From the NCBI GenBank assembly GCA_030740155.1, contig JASLXV010000069.1, positions 64,001 to 128,000 on the forward strand: DNA of 64,000 nt, in the 5' to 3' direction. Position numbers and translations under genes: made by a program. The notes beneath the pieces were generated by a model. The model did no database searches. It was not told the origin of the DNA and was given only the letters and a program-made list of their open reading frames with translations. Positions 1 through 10,303 of this stretch are shown here, piece by piece (position 1 is the first letter of the stretch; every line of letters begins with the position of its first letter). The stretch comes from Dehalococcoidia bacterium. Lineage in GTDB: Bacteria; Chloroflexota; Dehalococcoidia; Lucifugimonadales; UBA3495.

Positions 1-1503
1 GCTGACTCTGACGGGCACTCGCCAAATTTCGGAATCCGGGGCGGCCCCCTCCACCAGGCGATCGTAGACGAAGCGCTCTTGAGACAGCACCAACTCCAGG
101 TGGTCCGGCGCCTCCTGGGTTTCCACCCGAAGCACCGGGTACCCCATCTGCCTGGTCCAGGAGTCCATGATGGAGGTCACGGGCTGCCCCGAAGCCACTT
201 CCAACGCCGACCACAGGTCTCTGGTCCGGGCGTTCCCGTACTGATGAGCAGAGAGGTACCGTTGGAGGCCCTGCTGGAACGTATCCGGACCCAGAAACTG
301 CTCCAGCATCCGGATGACCGACGCCCCTTTGGAGTAGCTGATGGCGTCAAAAAGCTGGCTGACCTCCGCCGGGTTTTTGACCTCCTGCTCGATGGGGTGG
401 GAGTTCTTCAGGCCGTCGAGGCTCAGGGCCCGGTTGGTGTCCATGTTCACGAACTGGGTCCACATCTCCCACTCGGGATACAGCCAGTCCACCGCCTTGT
501 TTCCCATCCAGGAAGCGAAGCTCTCGTTGAGCCACAGGTCGTCCCACCACTCCATGGTGACCAGGTCGCCAAACCACATGTGGGCCATTTCGTGGGCTAT
601 TACTTCGGCCACCCGCTGCCGGGTCCCGGCTGAAGAGTTGACGGGGTCCACCAGCAGAGCGATCTCCCGGTAGGTGATGGCTCCCCAGTTCTCCATGGCT
701 CCAGCGGCGAAGTCGGGGATGGCGATGTGGTCCAGCTTCTCCAGAGGGAAGGGAATCCCGAAATAGTCGTTGAAGAAGGACAGGAGCCGCACCGAGGTAT
801 CCAGGGCGAACTGTCCTTGCTCTTCCTTGCCCCTGGTGGTCCACACGCCGACCCTGGTGGTGCCGGTAGCCTGCTGCTCGATGTGAGTCAGGTCCCCAAC
901 CACGAAGGCCAGCAGATAGGTTGACATAACCGGTGTTTCGGCGAAGTGGAGGGACTTGAGGCCCGGTCCCGCCGGGGACTCATCCGTCACGGCCGTGTTG
1001 GAAATGGCCACTAGGCCGGAGGGGATGACCAGCGTGACCTCGAATTTGGCCTTTCGGGCCGGTTCGTCCCAGCAGGGGAAGGCCCGGCGGGCGTCGGTCG
1101 CCTCAAATTGGGTGGCCGCCAGGTATCGTTGCTCTCCGCCGGAGTCGGTGTATTCGCTCCGGTAGAAGCCGTGGAGCTTGTCGTTCAGCTCTCCGGCAAA
1201 CTTGATATCCAACGTGGCCGGGCCGACGGCGATGGACCCCCTGAAGTCCAGGGTGACGGTCTCCTGGGACTTGTCGAAGGTGATCTGCCGGGCGCTGGTG
1301 GCGGTCCCGTCTCGATTCAAGGTGGCCGCCTCGACCCGAAGCTCCACCGCGTTCAACACGATCTCCGATGTGGGATCGACAATTTCAATGGAAATCCTCT
1401 CCTCGCCCTGGAAGGTGAACCGGTCCAGGTCGGGTTGAAGCTTGATCCAATATTTCGTGGGGCGGACGGCCCCCGGTAAAATGGCTGCCTGTGACGCGGG
1501 CAT
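1..1503 (-). CDS. pepN: M1 family zinc aminopeptidase (aminopeptidase N / puromycin-sensitive type); 3' end runs off the window
   Basis: Not in the ORF track because it has no stop in the window. Manual translation from ATG 1503 (RBS CAGGAGG) gives MPASQAAILPGAVRPTKY..., the GAMENWG exopeptidase motif (~680-700) and HEMAHMWFGDLVTMEWWDDLWLNE (HEXXH-x18-E, ~525-595). Confidence 0.93.
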   Translation of the reverse strand, partial: MPASQAAILPGAVRPTKYWIKLQPDLDRFTFQGEERISIEIVDPTSEIVLNAVELRVEAATLNRDGTATSARQITFDKSQETVTLDFRGSIAVGPATLDIKFAGELNDKLHGFYRSEYTDSGGEQRYLAATQFEATDARRAFPCWDEPARKAKFEVTLVIPSGLVAISNTAVTDESPAGPGLKSLHFAETPVMSTYLLAFVVGDLTHIEQQATGTTRVGVWTTRGKEEQGQFALDTSVRLLSFFNDYFGIPFPLEKLDHIAIPDFAAGAMENWGAITYREIALLVDPVNSSAGTRQRVAEVIAHEMAHMWFGDLVTMEWWDDLWLNESFASWMGNKAVDWLYPEWEMWTQFVNMDTNRALSLDGLKNSHPIEQEVKNPAEVSQLFDAISYSKGASVIRMLEQFLGPDTFQQGLQRYLSAHQYGNARTRDLWSALEVASGQPVTSIMDSWTRQMGYPVLRVETQEAPDHLELVLSQERFVYDRLVEGAAPDSEIWRVPVRVS

Positions 1504-1679
1504 GGTCTAGGCTCCTCCTGCAAGGAATAGGCGGGGGGTCCGGCGACGGCGCGGATCGCGCGCTGAGCTTTTCGGCGAATTCGGTGTCTCGGCGGCGCGC
1601 TTGGGCATGGTCAGTTTAACATTATCGCTGCTCTACGGTCTGCCCGCGGGCCGGCTCTCCCCGGAAGGGTCATCGTGAG

Positions 1680-1688
1680 TGCTATAAT
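1680..1688 (+). promoter_or_regulatory. Extended -10 promoter (TGcTATAAT) for leuCD
   Basis: Perfect TGnTATAAT about 105 nt upstream of the leuC ATG. Confidence 0.65.
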
Positions 1689-1793
1689 GTGACCCACCTC
1701 TTGGAGGGCCACAAAAACAGCCTCACCGAGGCCTGGGAGACGCTTTGCGCTCTCCGTGGTCCGGTGGCTAATTGTCAGGAGATACGATCCAAT

Positions 1794-3194
1794 ATGCCGC
1801 CCAAGACAATGTTCGAGAAGATCTGGGATGCCCACGTGGTGAACGAAGAGCCGGGGCAACCCACGCTGCTCTACATCGACCTGCACCTGGTCCACGAGGT
1901 GACCTCGGCCCAGGCCTTCGACGGCCTGAGGATGGCCGGGCGTCAGGTCCGTCGCACCGACTTGACCATCGCCACCGCCGACCATAACACCCCCACTTGG
2001 GACCTCTCGCAGCCGGTGACCGACGAGACCTCCATGAAGCAGTTGGACGCCCTTACCAGCAACTGCAAGGAATTCGGCATCACCCTGTACGACCGGTTCC
2101 ACCCGCTGCAGGGTATCGTCCACGTCATCGGGCCGGACCTGGGCTACACCCAGCCGGGCAAGACCGTCGTCTGCGGCGACAGCCACACCGCTACCCATGG
2201 GGCCCTCGGAGCCTTCGCCATGGGGATCGGCACGTCGGAGGTGGAGCATGTGCTGGCCACCCAAACCCTGCGCCAGTTCCAACCCAAGACCATGGAGGTC
2301 CGGGTTAATGGGCAACTGCCCATCGGGGTTGCCGCCAAGGACGTGATCCTGGGGATAATCGGCCGGATCGGCGTCAACGGGGGCGTCGGCCACGCCATCG
2401 AGTACACCGGTGAAGCCATCCGCTCTCTGTCCATGGACGGCCGGATGACGGTCTGCAACATGACCATCGAGGGGGGCGCGAGAACGGGTATGGTCGCCCC
2501 CGACGAGACTACATTCGAGTACTTGAAGGGCCGCCGGTTCGCACCCCAGGGTGACGCCTTCGAGGCCGCCGTGGAGAGTTGGCGAGCCCTACCCACCGAC
2601 CCGGAGGCCGTCTACGACCGGGTGGTGGAGATCGACGCGTCCAGCCTGGAGCCCAACGTCACCTGGGGCATCAATCCTGGCATGGTCCTACCCGTGACCG
2701 GGCGAGTGCCCGACCCGGCCTCTTTCACCGATCCCAACGAACGGGAGGTAGCCGAGCGGGCCCTGCGGTACATGGACCTGGAGCCGGACACCCCGATTCG
2801 GGACATCAAGATCGACCGGGTATTCATCGGCGCCTGCACCAACTCCCGGCTGGAAGACCTGCGCGCCGCCGCCCAGGTGGTCAAGGGCCGCAAGGTTCAC
2901 GACACCGTCTACGCCATGGTGGTGCCCGGTTCGGCGTTGATCAAGTCCCAGGCTGAAGCGGAGGGTTTGGACCGGATATTCAAGGATGCCGGCTTCGACT
3001 GGCGCGTTGCGGGGTGCTCCATGTGCCTGGGGATGAACCCGGACATCCTGGAGCCGGGACAGCGGTGCGCCGCGACCTCCAACCGGAACTTTGAGAACCG
3101 TCAGGGCAAGGGAGGCCGCACCCACCTGGTGAGCCCGGCCATGGCGGCCGCGGCGGGCATTGCGGGCCACTTCGTCGACATCCGGGAGTGGTAG
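1794..3194 (+). CDS. leuC: 3-isopropylmalate dehydratase large subunit
   Basis: [33 protein letters not shown] and CSMCLGMN Fe-S motifs, TSNRNFE. Start moved to ATG 1794 (AGGAG upstream). Confidence 0.97.
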   Translation: MPPKTMFEKIWDAHVVNEEPGQPTLLYIDLHLVHEVTSAQAFDGLRMAGRQVRRTDLTIATADHNTPTWDLSQPVTDETSMKQLDALTSNCKEFGITLYDRFHPLQGIVHVIGPDLGYTQPGKTVVCGDSHTATHGALGAFAMGIGTSEVEHVLATQTLRQFQPKTMEVRVNGQLPIGVAAKDVILGIIGRIGVNGGVGHAIEYTGEAIRSLSMDGRMTVCNMTIEGGARTGMVAPDETTFEYLKGRRFAPQGDAFEAAVESWRALPTDPEAVYDRVVEIDASSLEPNVTWGINPGMVLPVTGRVPDPASFTDPNEREVAERALRYMDLEPDTPIRDIKIDRVFIGACTNSRLEDLRAAAQVVKGRKVHDTVYAMVVPGSALIKSQAEAEGLDRIFKDAGFDWRVAGCSMCLGMNPDILEPGQRCAATSNRNFENRQGKGGRTHLVSPAMAAAAGIAGHFVDIREW

Positions 3195-3208
3195 GAGGCG
3201 GCAGACAT

Positions 3209-3802
3209 ATGGAACCATTTATCAAATTGAACGGCATCGCGGCGCCCCTGGACCGGGTGAACGTGGACACGGACCAGATTATCCCCGCCGTGTACCTGAA
3301 AAGCATCTCACGCACCGGCTTCGGTGATGCGCTCTTCTCCCCGTGGCGCTATAACCCCGACGGCAGCCCCAACCCGGACTTCGTGCTGAACGTCCCCGCC
3401 TACCGGGACGCGTCCATTCTGGTCGCGGGGAACAACTTCGGCTGCGGCTCCTCCAGGGAGCATGCGCCATGGGCACTCAACGACTATGGGATCCGCTGCG
3501 TCATCGCCCCCAGCTTCGCCGACATCTTCTACAACAACTGCTTCCAGAACGGCCTGCTGCCGATGCGGCTGCCCGAGGCGACGGTGCGGCAGATCATGGA
3601 CCACGCAACGAGCAACCCCGGCTCCCGGCTCAACGTGGACCTGGAAGCCCAACGGGTCTGGTCTGACGATGAGGAAATCTCAGTGACCTTTGAGATCGAC
3701 GCCGCCCGCCGCCACGCCCTGCTCAACGGCCTGGACGACATCGGCTTGACCCTGCAGGTCGAGGACCGGATCGCGGCCTACGAGGCCGCCCGAGGGCCGT
3801 AA
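3209..3802 (+). CDS. leuD: 3-isopropylmalate dehydratase small subunit
   Basis: [33 protein letters not shown]; follows leuC. Confidence 0.97.
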   Translation: MEPFIKLNGIAAPLDRVNVDTDQIIPAVYLKSISRTGFGDALFSPWRYNPDGSPNPDFVLNVPAYRDASILVAGNNFGCGSSREHAPWALNDYGIRCVIAPSFADIFYNNCFQNGLLPMRLPEATVRQIMDHATSNPGSRLNVDLEAQRVWSDDEEISVTFEIDAARRHALLNGLDDIGLTLQVEDRIAAYEAARGP

Positions 3803-3805
3803 GGA

Positions 3806-3993
3806 GTCAGCGGTCAGCTACTGACCGGGCATCGCTTTTTGAAATTAGACTTGGCAAACCTGGGACGAGGAAATCCCCCTGTATCCCCCTTTACAAAGTG
3901 GGAAGAAGGGGGATTTCGTTTGTCGCAAATGCCTTGAATTGAGTTTGGCGATCAGTGCGAGGATCAGCAAATGGCTGATAGCTGACTGCTGAC
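3806..3993. repeat. Heptamer-repeat inverted arms (TCAGCnn ... nnGCTGA) enclosing a palindromic cassette
   Basis: GTCAGCGGTCAGCTA at 3806 and GGCTGATAGCTGACTGCTGAC at 3973-3993 flank the palindrome at 3871-3916. Confidence 0.7.
3871..3916. repeat. REP-like palindrome family C (AAATCCCCCT...AGGGGGATTT), copy 1
   Basis: Shares AAATCCCCCTGTATCCCCCTTT with the reverse complement of 40893-40938. Confidence 0.75.
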
Positions 3994-3996
3994 GCC

Positions 3997-5343
3997 TTAT
4001 TCAGGATACGCCCTCGCCACTTGCTCATGGAAGTCGGCGTCGTAGCGGAGCAACCGGCCTTGGCGCACCTGCTCGTCCATCGGAGGACGATTCACCGGCC
4101 GAGGCTTGGTCGGCGCGTAGCCAATCACCCCCTTGGCCTCCAGGGCTGACATCTCCTCTTCGGTCCGGCCCAGGAGCCCGGAGAGTACCCGCCCGTTGTC
4201 CTCACCCATCGTCGGCGCCGCCACGGGCTTGACCGCCGGGGTGCCGAGGAGTTTCCAGGGGCGGCTGCCGTAGGGAAGGGGCGGGATCCCGGTGGCGGGA
4301 TGATGAGACACGACTTCGAAAAATTTCCGCTCCATGAGATGCGGGTCGAACAGCAAGTCATGACTGTCCAGAACGGCCCCGGCCGGTACTCCTGCCGCCT
4401 GGAGCGCCTGCATCAGCTCATGGGCATCCCGGTCCCTGGTGGCTTCCCCGACGAGCCGGTCCACCTCGCCCCGGTTGCGCCACCGGGACAGCCCTTCTTT
4501 GAACCGGCTGTCCTGCCCCAATCCCGGCTGTCCCAGCACCTCGCACAGGGCCAGCCACCGTTCGTCGTCGGCAACTGCGATCACAATCCACCGGTCGTCG
4601 CCCCGGCAGGGGTAGCAGCCGTGTGGAGCCATCGCCGGGTGTCCGTTGCCCATCCGGGACTCGGTGCGGCCGTTGACGGCGAAGTCCATCAACGCCTCGG
4701 GCAGGGTCGAGCTGGCGATTTGAGTATGTGAAATGTCGAGGAACTGGCCCTGGCCGGTGCGCAACCGGTGGACCAGGGCCGCCATCACCGCGAAGACGGT
4801 ATGCTCGGCCGCGGTGAAATCGGTGTGGGGTATCTCGGCCCGGACCGGGGGGCCGTCCACGTAGCCGGTCATGTGGGCCAGCCCGGAGGCGGCCTCGGTG
4901 GCCGGCCCCGTGGCCCCGAAACCGGACCAGGGACCGGTGTAACCGTAGCCGGTGGAGGATATCATGATGATGTCGGGCTTGATCTGCCGCAGGTCGTCGT
5001 ACTCCAGCCCGAAGTTCTTTATGACCCGGGGGGTGAAGTTCTCGGCGAAAATGTCGGACACGGCGATCAGCTCTTTCAGGATGGAGAGGCCTTCCGCCTG
5101 GTTGAGGTCCAGGGTGACGCCCAGCTTGTTCCGGTTTTGCTCGTAAAAATTGGCGCCCCGGTTCCAAAACTCGCCGCTGTTGTCGTTCCGGTAGACGGCG
5201 TCGCTTCGATAGGTATCGGAGCGGTGGCACGATTCCAGGCGGATGACCTCCGCTCCCATATCGGCCAGCATCTTCATCGCCCAGGGAATGGCGATGAGTT
5301 GCCCCATTTCCACCACACGGATTCCGTTCAAAGGTGCGGACAT
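3997..5343 (-). CDS. Family III (CaiB/BaiF) CoA-transferase, catalytic Asp retained
   Basis: PLNGIRVVEM, LADMGAEVIRLE, NRNKLGVTLDL, ENFTPRV, STGYGYTGP, IPHTDFTAA. Confidence 0.92.
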   Translation of the reverse strand: MSAPLNGIRVVEMGQLIAIPWAMKMLADMGAEVIRLESCHRSDTYRSDAVYRNDNSGEFWNRGANFYEQNRNKLGVTLDLNQAEGLSILKELIAVSDIFAENFTPRVIKNFGLEYDDLRQIKPDIIMISSTGYGYTGPWSGFGATGPATEAASGLAHMTGYVDGPPVRAEIPHTDFTAAEHTVFAVMAALVHRLRTGQGQFLDISHTQIASSTLPEALMDFAVNGRTESRMGNGHPAMAPHGCYPCRGDDRWIVIAVADDERWLALCEVLGQPGLGQDSRFKEGLSRWRNRGEVDRLVGEATRDRDAHELMQALQAAGVPAGAVLDSHDLLFDPHLMERKFFEVVSHHPATGIPPLPYGSRPWKLLGTPAVKPVAAPTMGEDNGRVLSGLLGRTEEEMSALEAKGVIGYAPTKPRPVNRPPMDEQVRQGRLLRYDADFHEQVARAYPE

Positions 5344-5345
5344 GG

Positions 5346-6545
5346 TCAGATCACCTCCATGGTCCGGAGCCGGGCGAGGTCCGCATCGGAGTATCCCAGG
5401 CGGCCACCGAAAAGCTCGCTGTTGTGCTGCCCCAGGGTTGGAGCGGGCCGTTGCGCTTTCCAGGGGGTACCGGCCATCACGAAGGGCGCTCCGGGGTATG
5501 TCATCGGGCCGGCCACCGGGTGGTCGATCTCCACAAAATAGTCCCGGTCCTGAAACTGGTCGCTGGCCAATATCTCCTCCGGTGACTGGATTACCCCGTA
5601 GGTAAACCGCCGCCGGTTGGCCTCGTAGAACACGTCGAATTTCTTCAGGGGCAGGAACACCCGGTCCAGAATCTCCCCAAACTCTTCGGCGTTGGCCAGC
5701 CGGGCCGAGCTGGTGTTGAACTTCTCATCGTCCAATTCCGGCGCGCCCATCAATTCCACCACGGTCTTCCAATTGGAGGTGGCGGTCGACCCGGGATTGG
5801 GAAGGACGTAGCCGTCGGACACCTCGCGCGTACGGGTCAGGTCGCCGTGGTGGTTCGGCTGACGGCGACGCACGGCCCCGGCGTAGGTGTAGGAACAGAC
5901 CACGTCCCGCAGGCTTGACGCCATGCACTCCTGGACCGAAACGTCGATTTGCTGGCCCTCCCCGGTGAGCCGCTGGCGGTAAAGAGCGATGAGGGTGGCG
6001 GCCGCGGCGTCGGTGCCGGCCTTGAACTGGGCCTGATTGAGGGCGTGCTTCAGCGGCTCCCGGTCGTGGTTGCCGAAGACGTACATCAGCCCCCCCAGGG
6101 CGTAGGCCACGATTTCGGTGGCCCGGTAGTCCCGGTAGGGGCCGGTCTGGCCGAAGCTGGAGATTGACACCATAATCAGGGACGGGTTTTCCTGGCGCAG
6201 GGTGGCGAAGTCCAGCCCCAGGGAGGGCATGACTCGCGGGGTGAAATTTTCGACCAGGATGTCGGATTCTCGAGCCAGGCTTTTCAGCATCTCCCGGCCG
6301 CGACCGGACTTCAGGTTCAACGTCACGCCCCGTTTACTAGTGTTCAGGTAGAGGAAGGGCAGGCTCTTATCCGGTCCCGCTTCGTCATGGAAGAAGGGTG
6401 GAATATGCCTTGCCGGGTCCCCGCCGGGACGCTCGACCTTGACCACGTCGGCGCCGTGGTCGGCCAACAGCTTGGTGCAATAGGGTCCGGCGATGTGGTG
6501 GGTGAGGTCCAGCACCTTCACCCCTTGTAGTGCTCCTTCGGCCAT
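5346..6545 (-). CDS. Family III (CaiB/BaiF) CoA-transferase, catalytic Asp apparently replaced
   Basis: LQGVKVLDLTHHIAGPYCTKLLAD, NTSKRGVTLNLK, SSFGQTGPY; the Asp position reads Gln (LNQAQFKAG). Confidence 0.92.
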   Translation of the reverse strand: MAEGALQGVKVLDLTHHIAGPYCTKLLADHGADVVKVERPGGDPARHIPPFFHDEAGPDKSLPFLYLNTSKRGVTLNLKSGRGREMLKSLARESDILVENFTPRVMPSLGLDFATLRQENPSLIMVSISSFGQTGPYRDYRATEIVAYALGGLMYVFGNHDREPLKHALNQAQFKAGTDAAAATLIALYRQRLTGEGQQIDVSVQECMASSLRDVVCSYTYAGAVRRRQPNHHGDLTRTREVSDGYVLPNPGSTATSNWKTVVELMGAPELDDEKFNTSSARLANAEEFGEILDRVFLPLKKFDVFYEANRRRFTYGVIQSPEEILASDQFQDRDYFVEIDHPVAGPMTYPGAPFVMAGTPWKAQRPAPTLGQHNSELFGGRLGYSDADLARLRTMEVI

Positions 6546-6590
6546 TTGTCACCTTTTCCGTTGCGTCGCGGGCTGACGGCATTATAGCGC

Positions 6591-6623
6591 TGGGGGAGCT
6601 TCTTTTTCAAAAGAAGCTCCCCC
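6591..6623. repeat. Intergenic palindrome TGGGGGAGCTTCTTT-TTC-AAAAGAAGCTCCCCCA (REP-like or terminator-like)
   Basis: Near-perfect inverted repeat of about 15 bp. Confidence 0.55.
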
Positions 6624-6694
6624 AGACCCCCTTAAGAAAACCGGGCATGGCTTGGTTCTCTCCGGAGAGGTTCTTCAAAATACCACGGCGACGC

Positions 6695-8188
6695 CTAGCT
6701 CCCCTCGCTCAGAATACCGGCGACCCGCTCCTCCATCTCCCGGCGTCCCGCCGCCTGTCTTTCTCTTTTGCTCCGAATGCTTTGCGCCGCCTCCGCCAGC
6801 AAGCCACGGCACTCCTCCAACATGCGCCGCACTTCTTGCGGAGAGGTGGAGCCCGGTGTGACCTTCAGGCTGACGCAGTGGGCGATGTCCAGGGTCTGCT
6901 CCACTTCCTCTTGAGGCAACTGAACGGAGACCCCCGTCCGGTCCATGATTGCCGAGTCCAGGTCCTCGGCCCGTAGCCCCAGAATGTTCAGCCCGCGCTC
7001 TTCCAGCCGGTTGAGGGCTATCGCCACCACCTGGTGCGCGGCCCGGTAGGAGATTTCGGCATGCCGCATGACCAGGGCGATAAAGGCGGTCGCCTGGTCC
7101 CCCTGCTGGGAAGACAGCAGGTTCATGCGCTCCCGGTTGGCCGTCAGAGAGCGGATGGTCCCGGTCATGATGCGAAAAGTGTCCCGGAACTCCTCGGCGG
7201 TGCTCCATAGCTCCCGGAGCAACTCGGTACCCACGAAGGGCTCGTCCGACGTGGTCTTGCACATGGCCAGGGCCCCGGTGAGACGTCCCAACAGCAGCCC
7301 CCCGCTGGTGGCGGCGACTATCCCTGGGGAATACGGTATCTTGGTCTGGACGGCGACGCTGCTGGATATGGAGTACTCCGGCCCCAGGGTGACCAGGTCG
7401 AACTCCTTGGTGGATAGGACCCTCAGGTCCTGGGCCAGGCGCGCCACGATATTTCCGGCCAGGGTTTCGGCCCAGAAGGTCATTAGCAGGTAGTCGAAAT
7501 TGCGGATGCTGTCCCTCGCGTGGGCCGCCACCCGGTCAAACCCAAGCAGCCGGGCCTCCAAATCCAGGTCCACCGGGAAGTAGGAGCCGGACCCCACTTC
7601 GGCCGCGGAGGCGTTCTCGTTGGTATGGCGGTAGGCCATCTCGAATGCCTCACCACTCCGCTGCAACGCGTACACGAAAGAGAGGAGGTAGTACCCGAAG
7701 GTCCAGGGCTCCGAGGAGTGAAGGTAGGCGTAACCGGGCATCACCGCGCCGGCATACTCTTCCGCCCGCTCCAACAGGGCCTCCTGAAGGGCCGACAGGT
7801 CCTCCATCTGGTCCAACAGAATACTCCGGGTGACGATACGGCTGGCCACGGAGCGGTTGGTTGGACTGGAGCGGCCGATGTGAATCCAGCCGCTGAGCTG
7901 TTCGCCCAGCTTCTCCTGGAGGTAGTTTTCGCCCGAGTGCACCCCTCCCAGCCGCAGGCGGCTACGGGCCTCGTATACCCCCTCCCGCTCCATGTCCTTG
8001 AACCCCCCAAGCAGGGCCCGGGCAACGTCCTGGGTGACTAGCCCCGACTCTTTGAGGGCCACCACGTGGGCCACGTCGTACCAGTGCATGGCCTCGAAGA
8101 AGTCCCGCCGGTTCAGCGCCTCGACATAGTAGTGTTGAAGCAGGGGATCGGGATCACTTCCGGTGCGGGTCTTGTGGAAGAATGCCAT
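6695..8188 (-). CDS. Divergent argininosuccinate lyase-like protein (fumarase/aspartase superfamily)
   Basis: ArgH-like length and architecture (HIGRS, MPGYAYL, C-terminal SYRAAHQVV), but the signature motifs are degenerate. Confidence 0.8.
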   Translation of the reverse strand: MAFFHKTRTGSDPDPLLQHYYVEALNRRDFFEAMHWYDVAHVVALKESGLVTQDVARALLGGFKDMEREGVYEARSRLRLGGVHSGENYLQEKLGEQLSGWIHIGRSSPTNRSVASRIVTRSILLDQMEDLSALQEALLERAEEYAGAVMPGYAYLHSSEPWTFGYYLLSFVYALQRSGEAFEMAYRHTNENASAAEVGSGSYFPVDLDLEARLLGFDRVAAHARDSIRNFDYLLMTFWAETLAGNIVARLAQDLRVLSTKEFDLVTLGPEYSISSSVAVQTKIPYSPGIVAATSGGLLLGRLTGALAMCKTTSDEPFVGTELLRELWSTAEEFRDTFRIMTGTIRSLTANRERMNLLSSQQGDQATAFIALVMRHAEISYRAAHQVVAIALNRLEERGLNILGLRAEDLDSAIMDRTGVSVQLPQEEVEQTLDIAHCVSLKVTPGSTSPQEVRRMLEECRGLLAEAAQSIRSKRERQAAGRREMEERVAGILSEGS

Positions 8189-8218
8189 AGTCTACCTCTT
8201 CTTGTATTGCCGGGGAGA

Positions 8219-8526
8219 TCAGCGGTCAGTAGTCAGCTATCAGCAGTCAGCCTCTTGTGCTTGAGAAGAGGCCAAGTCTCGACCTCCATTGGGGCTTGCT
8301 ATACGACAATTTCTTATCGGTGGATCGAACCCAGCGCCATCGGGTCTCCCTTCCCCACGATCGTCTTTCCGGCGAAGGCCGGAATCCAGAGATGTCTCAA
8401 CTGGTTCCTGGCCTTCGCCGGGATGACGGGTCGGCTATCAACCATTTGCGGGACTCTAGACTAGAATCTTGTGCCTTTATGGCAGGGGGTACGGAGCCCA
8501 AAGCTGATGGCTGATAGCTGACGGCT
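8219..8526. repeat. Heptamer-repeat inverted arms enclosing a family A REP-like element
   Basis: TCAGCGGTCAGTAGTCAGCTATCAGCAGTCAGC (8219-8251) and GCTGATGGCTGATAGCTGACGGCT (~8503-8526). Confidence 0.7.
8362..8428. repeat. REP-like family A (CGTCnTTCCGGCGAAGGCCGGAATCCAG...CTGGnTnCCGGCCTTCGCCGGGATGACG), copy 1
   Basis: Four similar 65-67 bp copies at 8362, 10304, 31651 and 32433. Confidence 0.85.
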
Positions 8527-10173
8527 CTAGAACGCCCTCCGGTGGGAAAACTCCGTCTCAGCGGAGGTGATGAACTCCAGCAGCACCGCCCGGCCATCTT
8601 GCTCCGTCACCTTTCGGGCCCGCTGAAATGCCGGAATGATCTCAGCCGGGTCCTCCACCCGTTCGGCGTAGCCACCCATGGCCCGGCCCAGATCGGCGTA
8701 GTTCCCGCCCAGGTCGCGGGATTTGTACCGCTCATGAGAAGCAGCCATGTGAGGGATTTCAATAGCCATGGTGGAGTTGTTTAGCACCACGGTGATAATG
8801 GGAATCTCGCTCCGCACGGCGGTCTCGAAATCCAAGCCGGTCATCCCAAAGGCGGCGTCACCCATGAAATTGATGCACACCTTTTCAGGCTTGGCCAGCT
8901 TGGCGCCGATGGTCAGCCCCAGCCCGGTGCCCAGCCCGTGGGATTTCCCCCAGCCCAGGTAGGATCGGGGTCCATTGGAACGGTAGAAGGGCACGATCTG
9001 GTCCCTGGGGCTGCCCGAGTCGTGGGTTACGATGGCGTCCTCGGGCCGTATCGCCTGCATCAGGTCCCAGATCACCCTATAGGGATTGATCGGGGTGCTG
9101 GAACTGGTGAGCTTGCCGGTCCACAGGCCGAGCCACGAACCCCGCTCCGACTCGATCTCCGCCGCCACGGTCTCATCCGATTGACGGCTGTTGCCCACGA
9201 TATCCCGGCAGGCGTCGATCATCTGGCGCAGCACCAGCTTGGCGTCACCGACGATGGGGTGGTCGATGTTGTAGTCCTTGTTGATGTCACCCGGGTCGTT
9301 GGTGGCCTGAATCAGGGTCTTGCCGGGCGGGATATTCATGCACATTCCGTGCTTGGTGAAGCTGCAGCCAATGCCGAAAATGACGTCCGCCCGGCCCACG
9401 AATTTGTACACGGGGCCCGACATCACGCCGGAGCCGCTGCCCAGGGCCAGGGGATGGGTCTCCGGAAAGGCGCTCTTTCCCAGCAAGGTGGTCATCACCG
9501 GGGCCTTGAGCAGCTCAGCCAGCTCCACCAACTCTTCGCCGGCGCCGGCGTACAGCGACCCTTGGCCGGCGTGGATGACCGGGTGGCGGGCCTGGCAAAG
9601 GGCTTGGGCCGCCGCCTCCACGTCCCGAGGGTCTCCCTGGCTGGCGACCCGGCGGCTGGGCCGGTAATAGAAGGCCTCCTCGGCCACCTCTTCCAGGGCA
9701 ACGTCTATGGGGATTTCCACCGCCACCGGGCCGGGACGGCCCTGGCGCAGCGCGGCGAAGGCCCGCCGCAAGATTCCTGAGGTCCGATCCGGCATATTTA
9801 CCTGCTCGATGTACCTGGTCACCCCGGCGTAGGCCGCCAAGGAGCTGAAGTGAGGTTGGATGCCCTGCCACGACCTAGGGTGGCCGGTGGGCAATATCAA
9901 AATCGGGGTTGAATCGGAGTAGGCGGTGGCGACACCGGAGTAAGCATTCTCCGCGCCGGGCCCGTATTGGAAAGCGACCGCGCCCATGCGCTCGCCGTTG
10001 GTCACCCGGCTGAACCCATCGGCGATACCCACGCCGACCCGCTCCTGGCGGCAGATGATGGGGCGGATCCCGGCCACGGCGGCGCTCTCAAACACCGGCG
10101 TGGTGGGAAAGCCACAGAGGTATTCCACCCCTTCCCGTTTCAGTATCTCGATGATAGTCTCTACGGTATTCAC
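8527..10173 (-). CDS. Thiamine-diphosphate-dependent enzyme (acetolactate synthase-like superfamily)
   Basis: RQERVGVGIADG (catalytic Glu), GPGAEN, GRPGPVAVEIP, GDAAFGM...LNN ThDP-binding motif. Confidence 0.93.
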   Translation of the reverse strand: MNTVETIIEILKREGVEYLCGFPTTPVFESAAVAGIRPIICRQERVGVGIADGFSRVTNGERMGAVAFQYGPGAENAYSGVATAYSDSTPILILPTGHPRSWQGIQPHFSSLAAYAGVTRYIEQVNMPDRTSGILRRAFAALRQGRPGPVAVEIPIDVALEEVAEEAFYYRPSRRVASQGDPRDVEAAAQALCQARHPVIHAGQGSLYAGAGEELVELAELLKAPVMTTLLGKSAFPETHPLALGSGSGVMSGPVYKFVGRADVIFGIGCSFTKHGMCMNIPPGKTLIQATNDPGDINKDYNIDHPIVGDAKLVLRQMIDACRDIVGNSRQSDETVAAEIESERGSWLGLWTGKLTSSSTPINPYRVIWDLMQAIRPEDAIVTHDSGSPRDQIVPFYRSNGPRSYLGWGKSHGLGTGLGLTIGAKLAKPEKVCINFMGDAAFGMTGLDFETAVRSEIPIITVVLNNSTMAIEIPHMAASHERYKSRDLGGNYADLGRAMGGYAERVEDPAEIIPAFQRARKVTEQDGRAVLLEFITSAETEFSHRRAF

Positions 10174-10303
10174 CGGTTTACCTCCTCAGCGGCGAGTACT
10201 CTGTCCCAGTAAGAGTGAATAATGTCATTCCGGCCGCAGGGACGACTCATGAGGATGGAGGGAGCGGCCCCATTCCATCCTGCGACATCCCTCCCCAAGA
10301 AAT

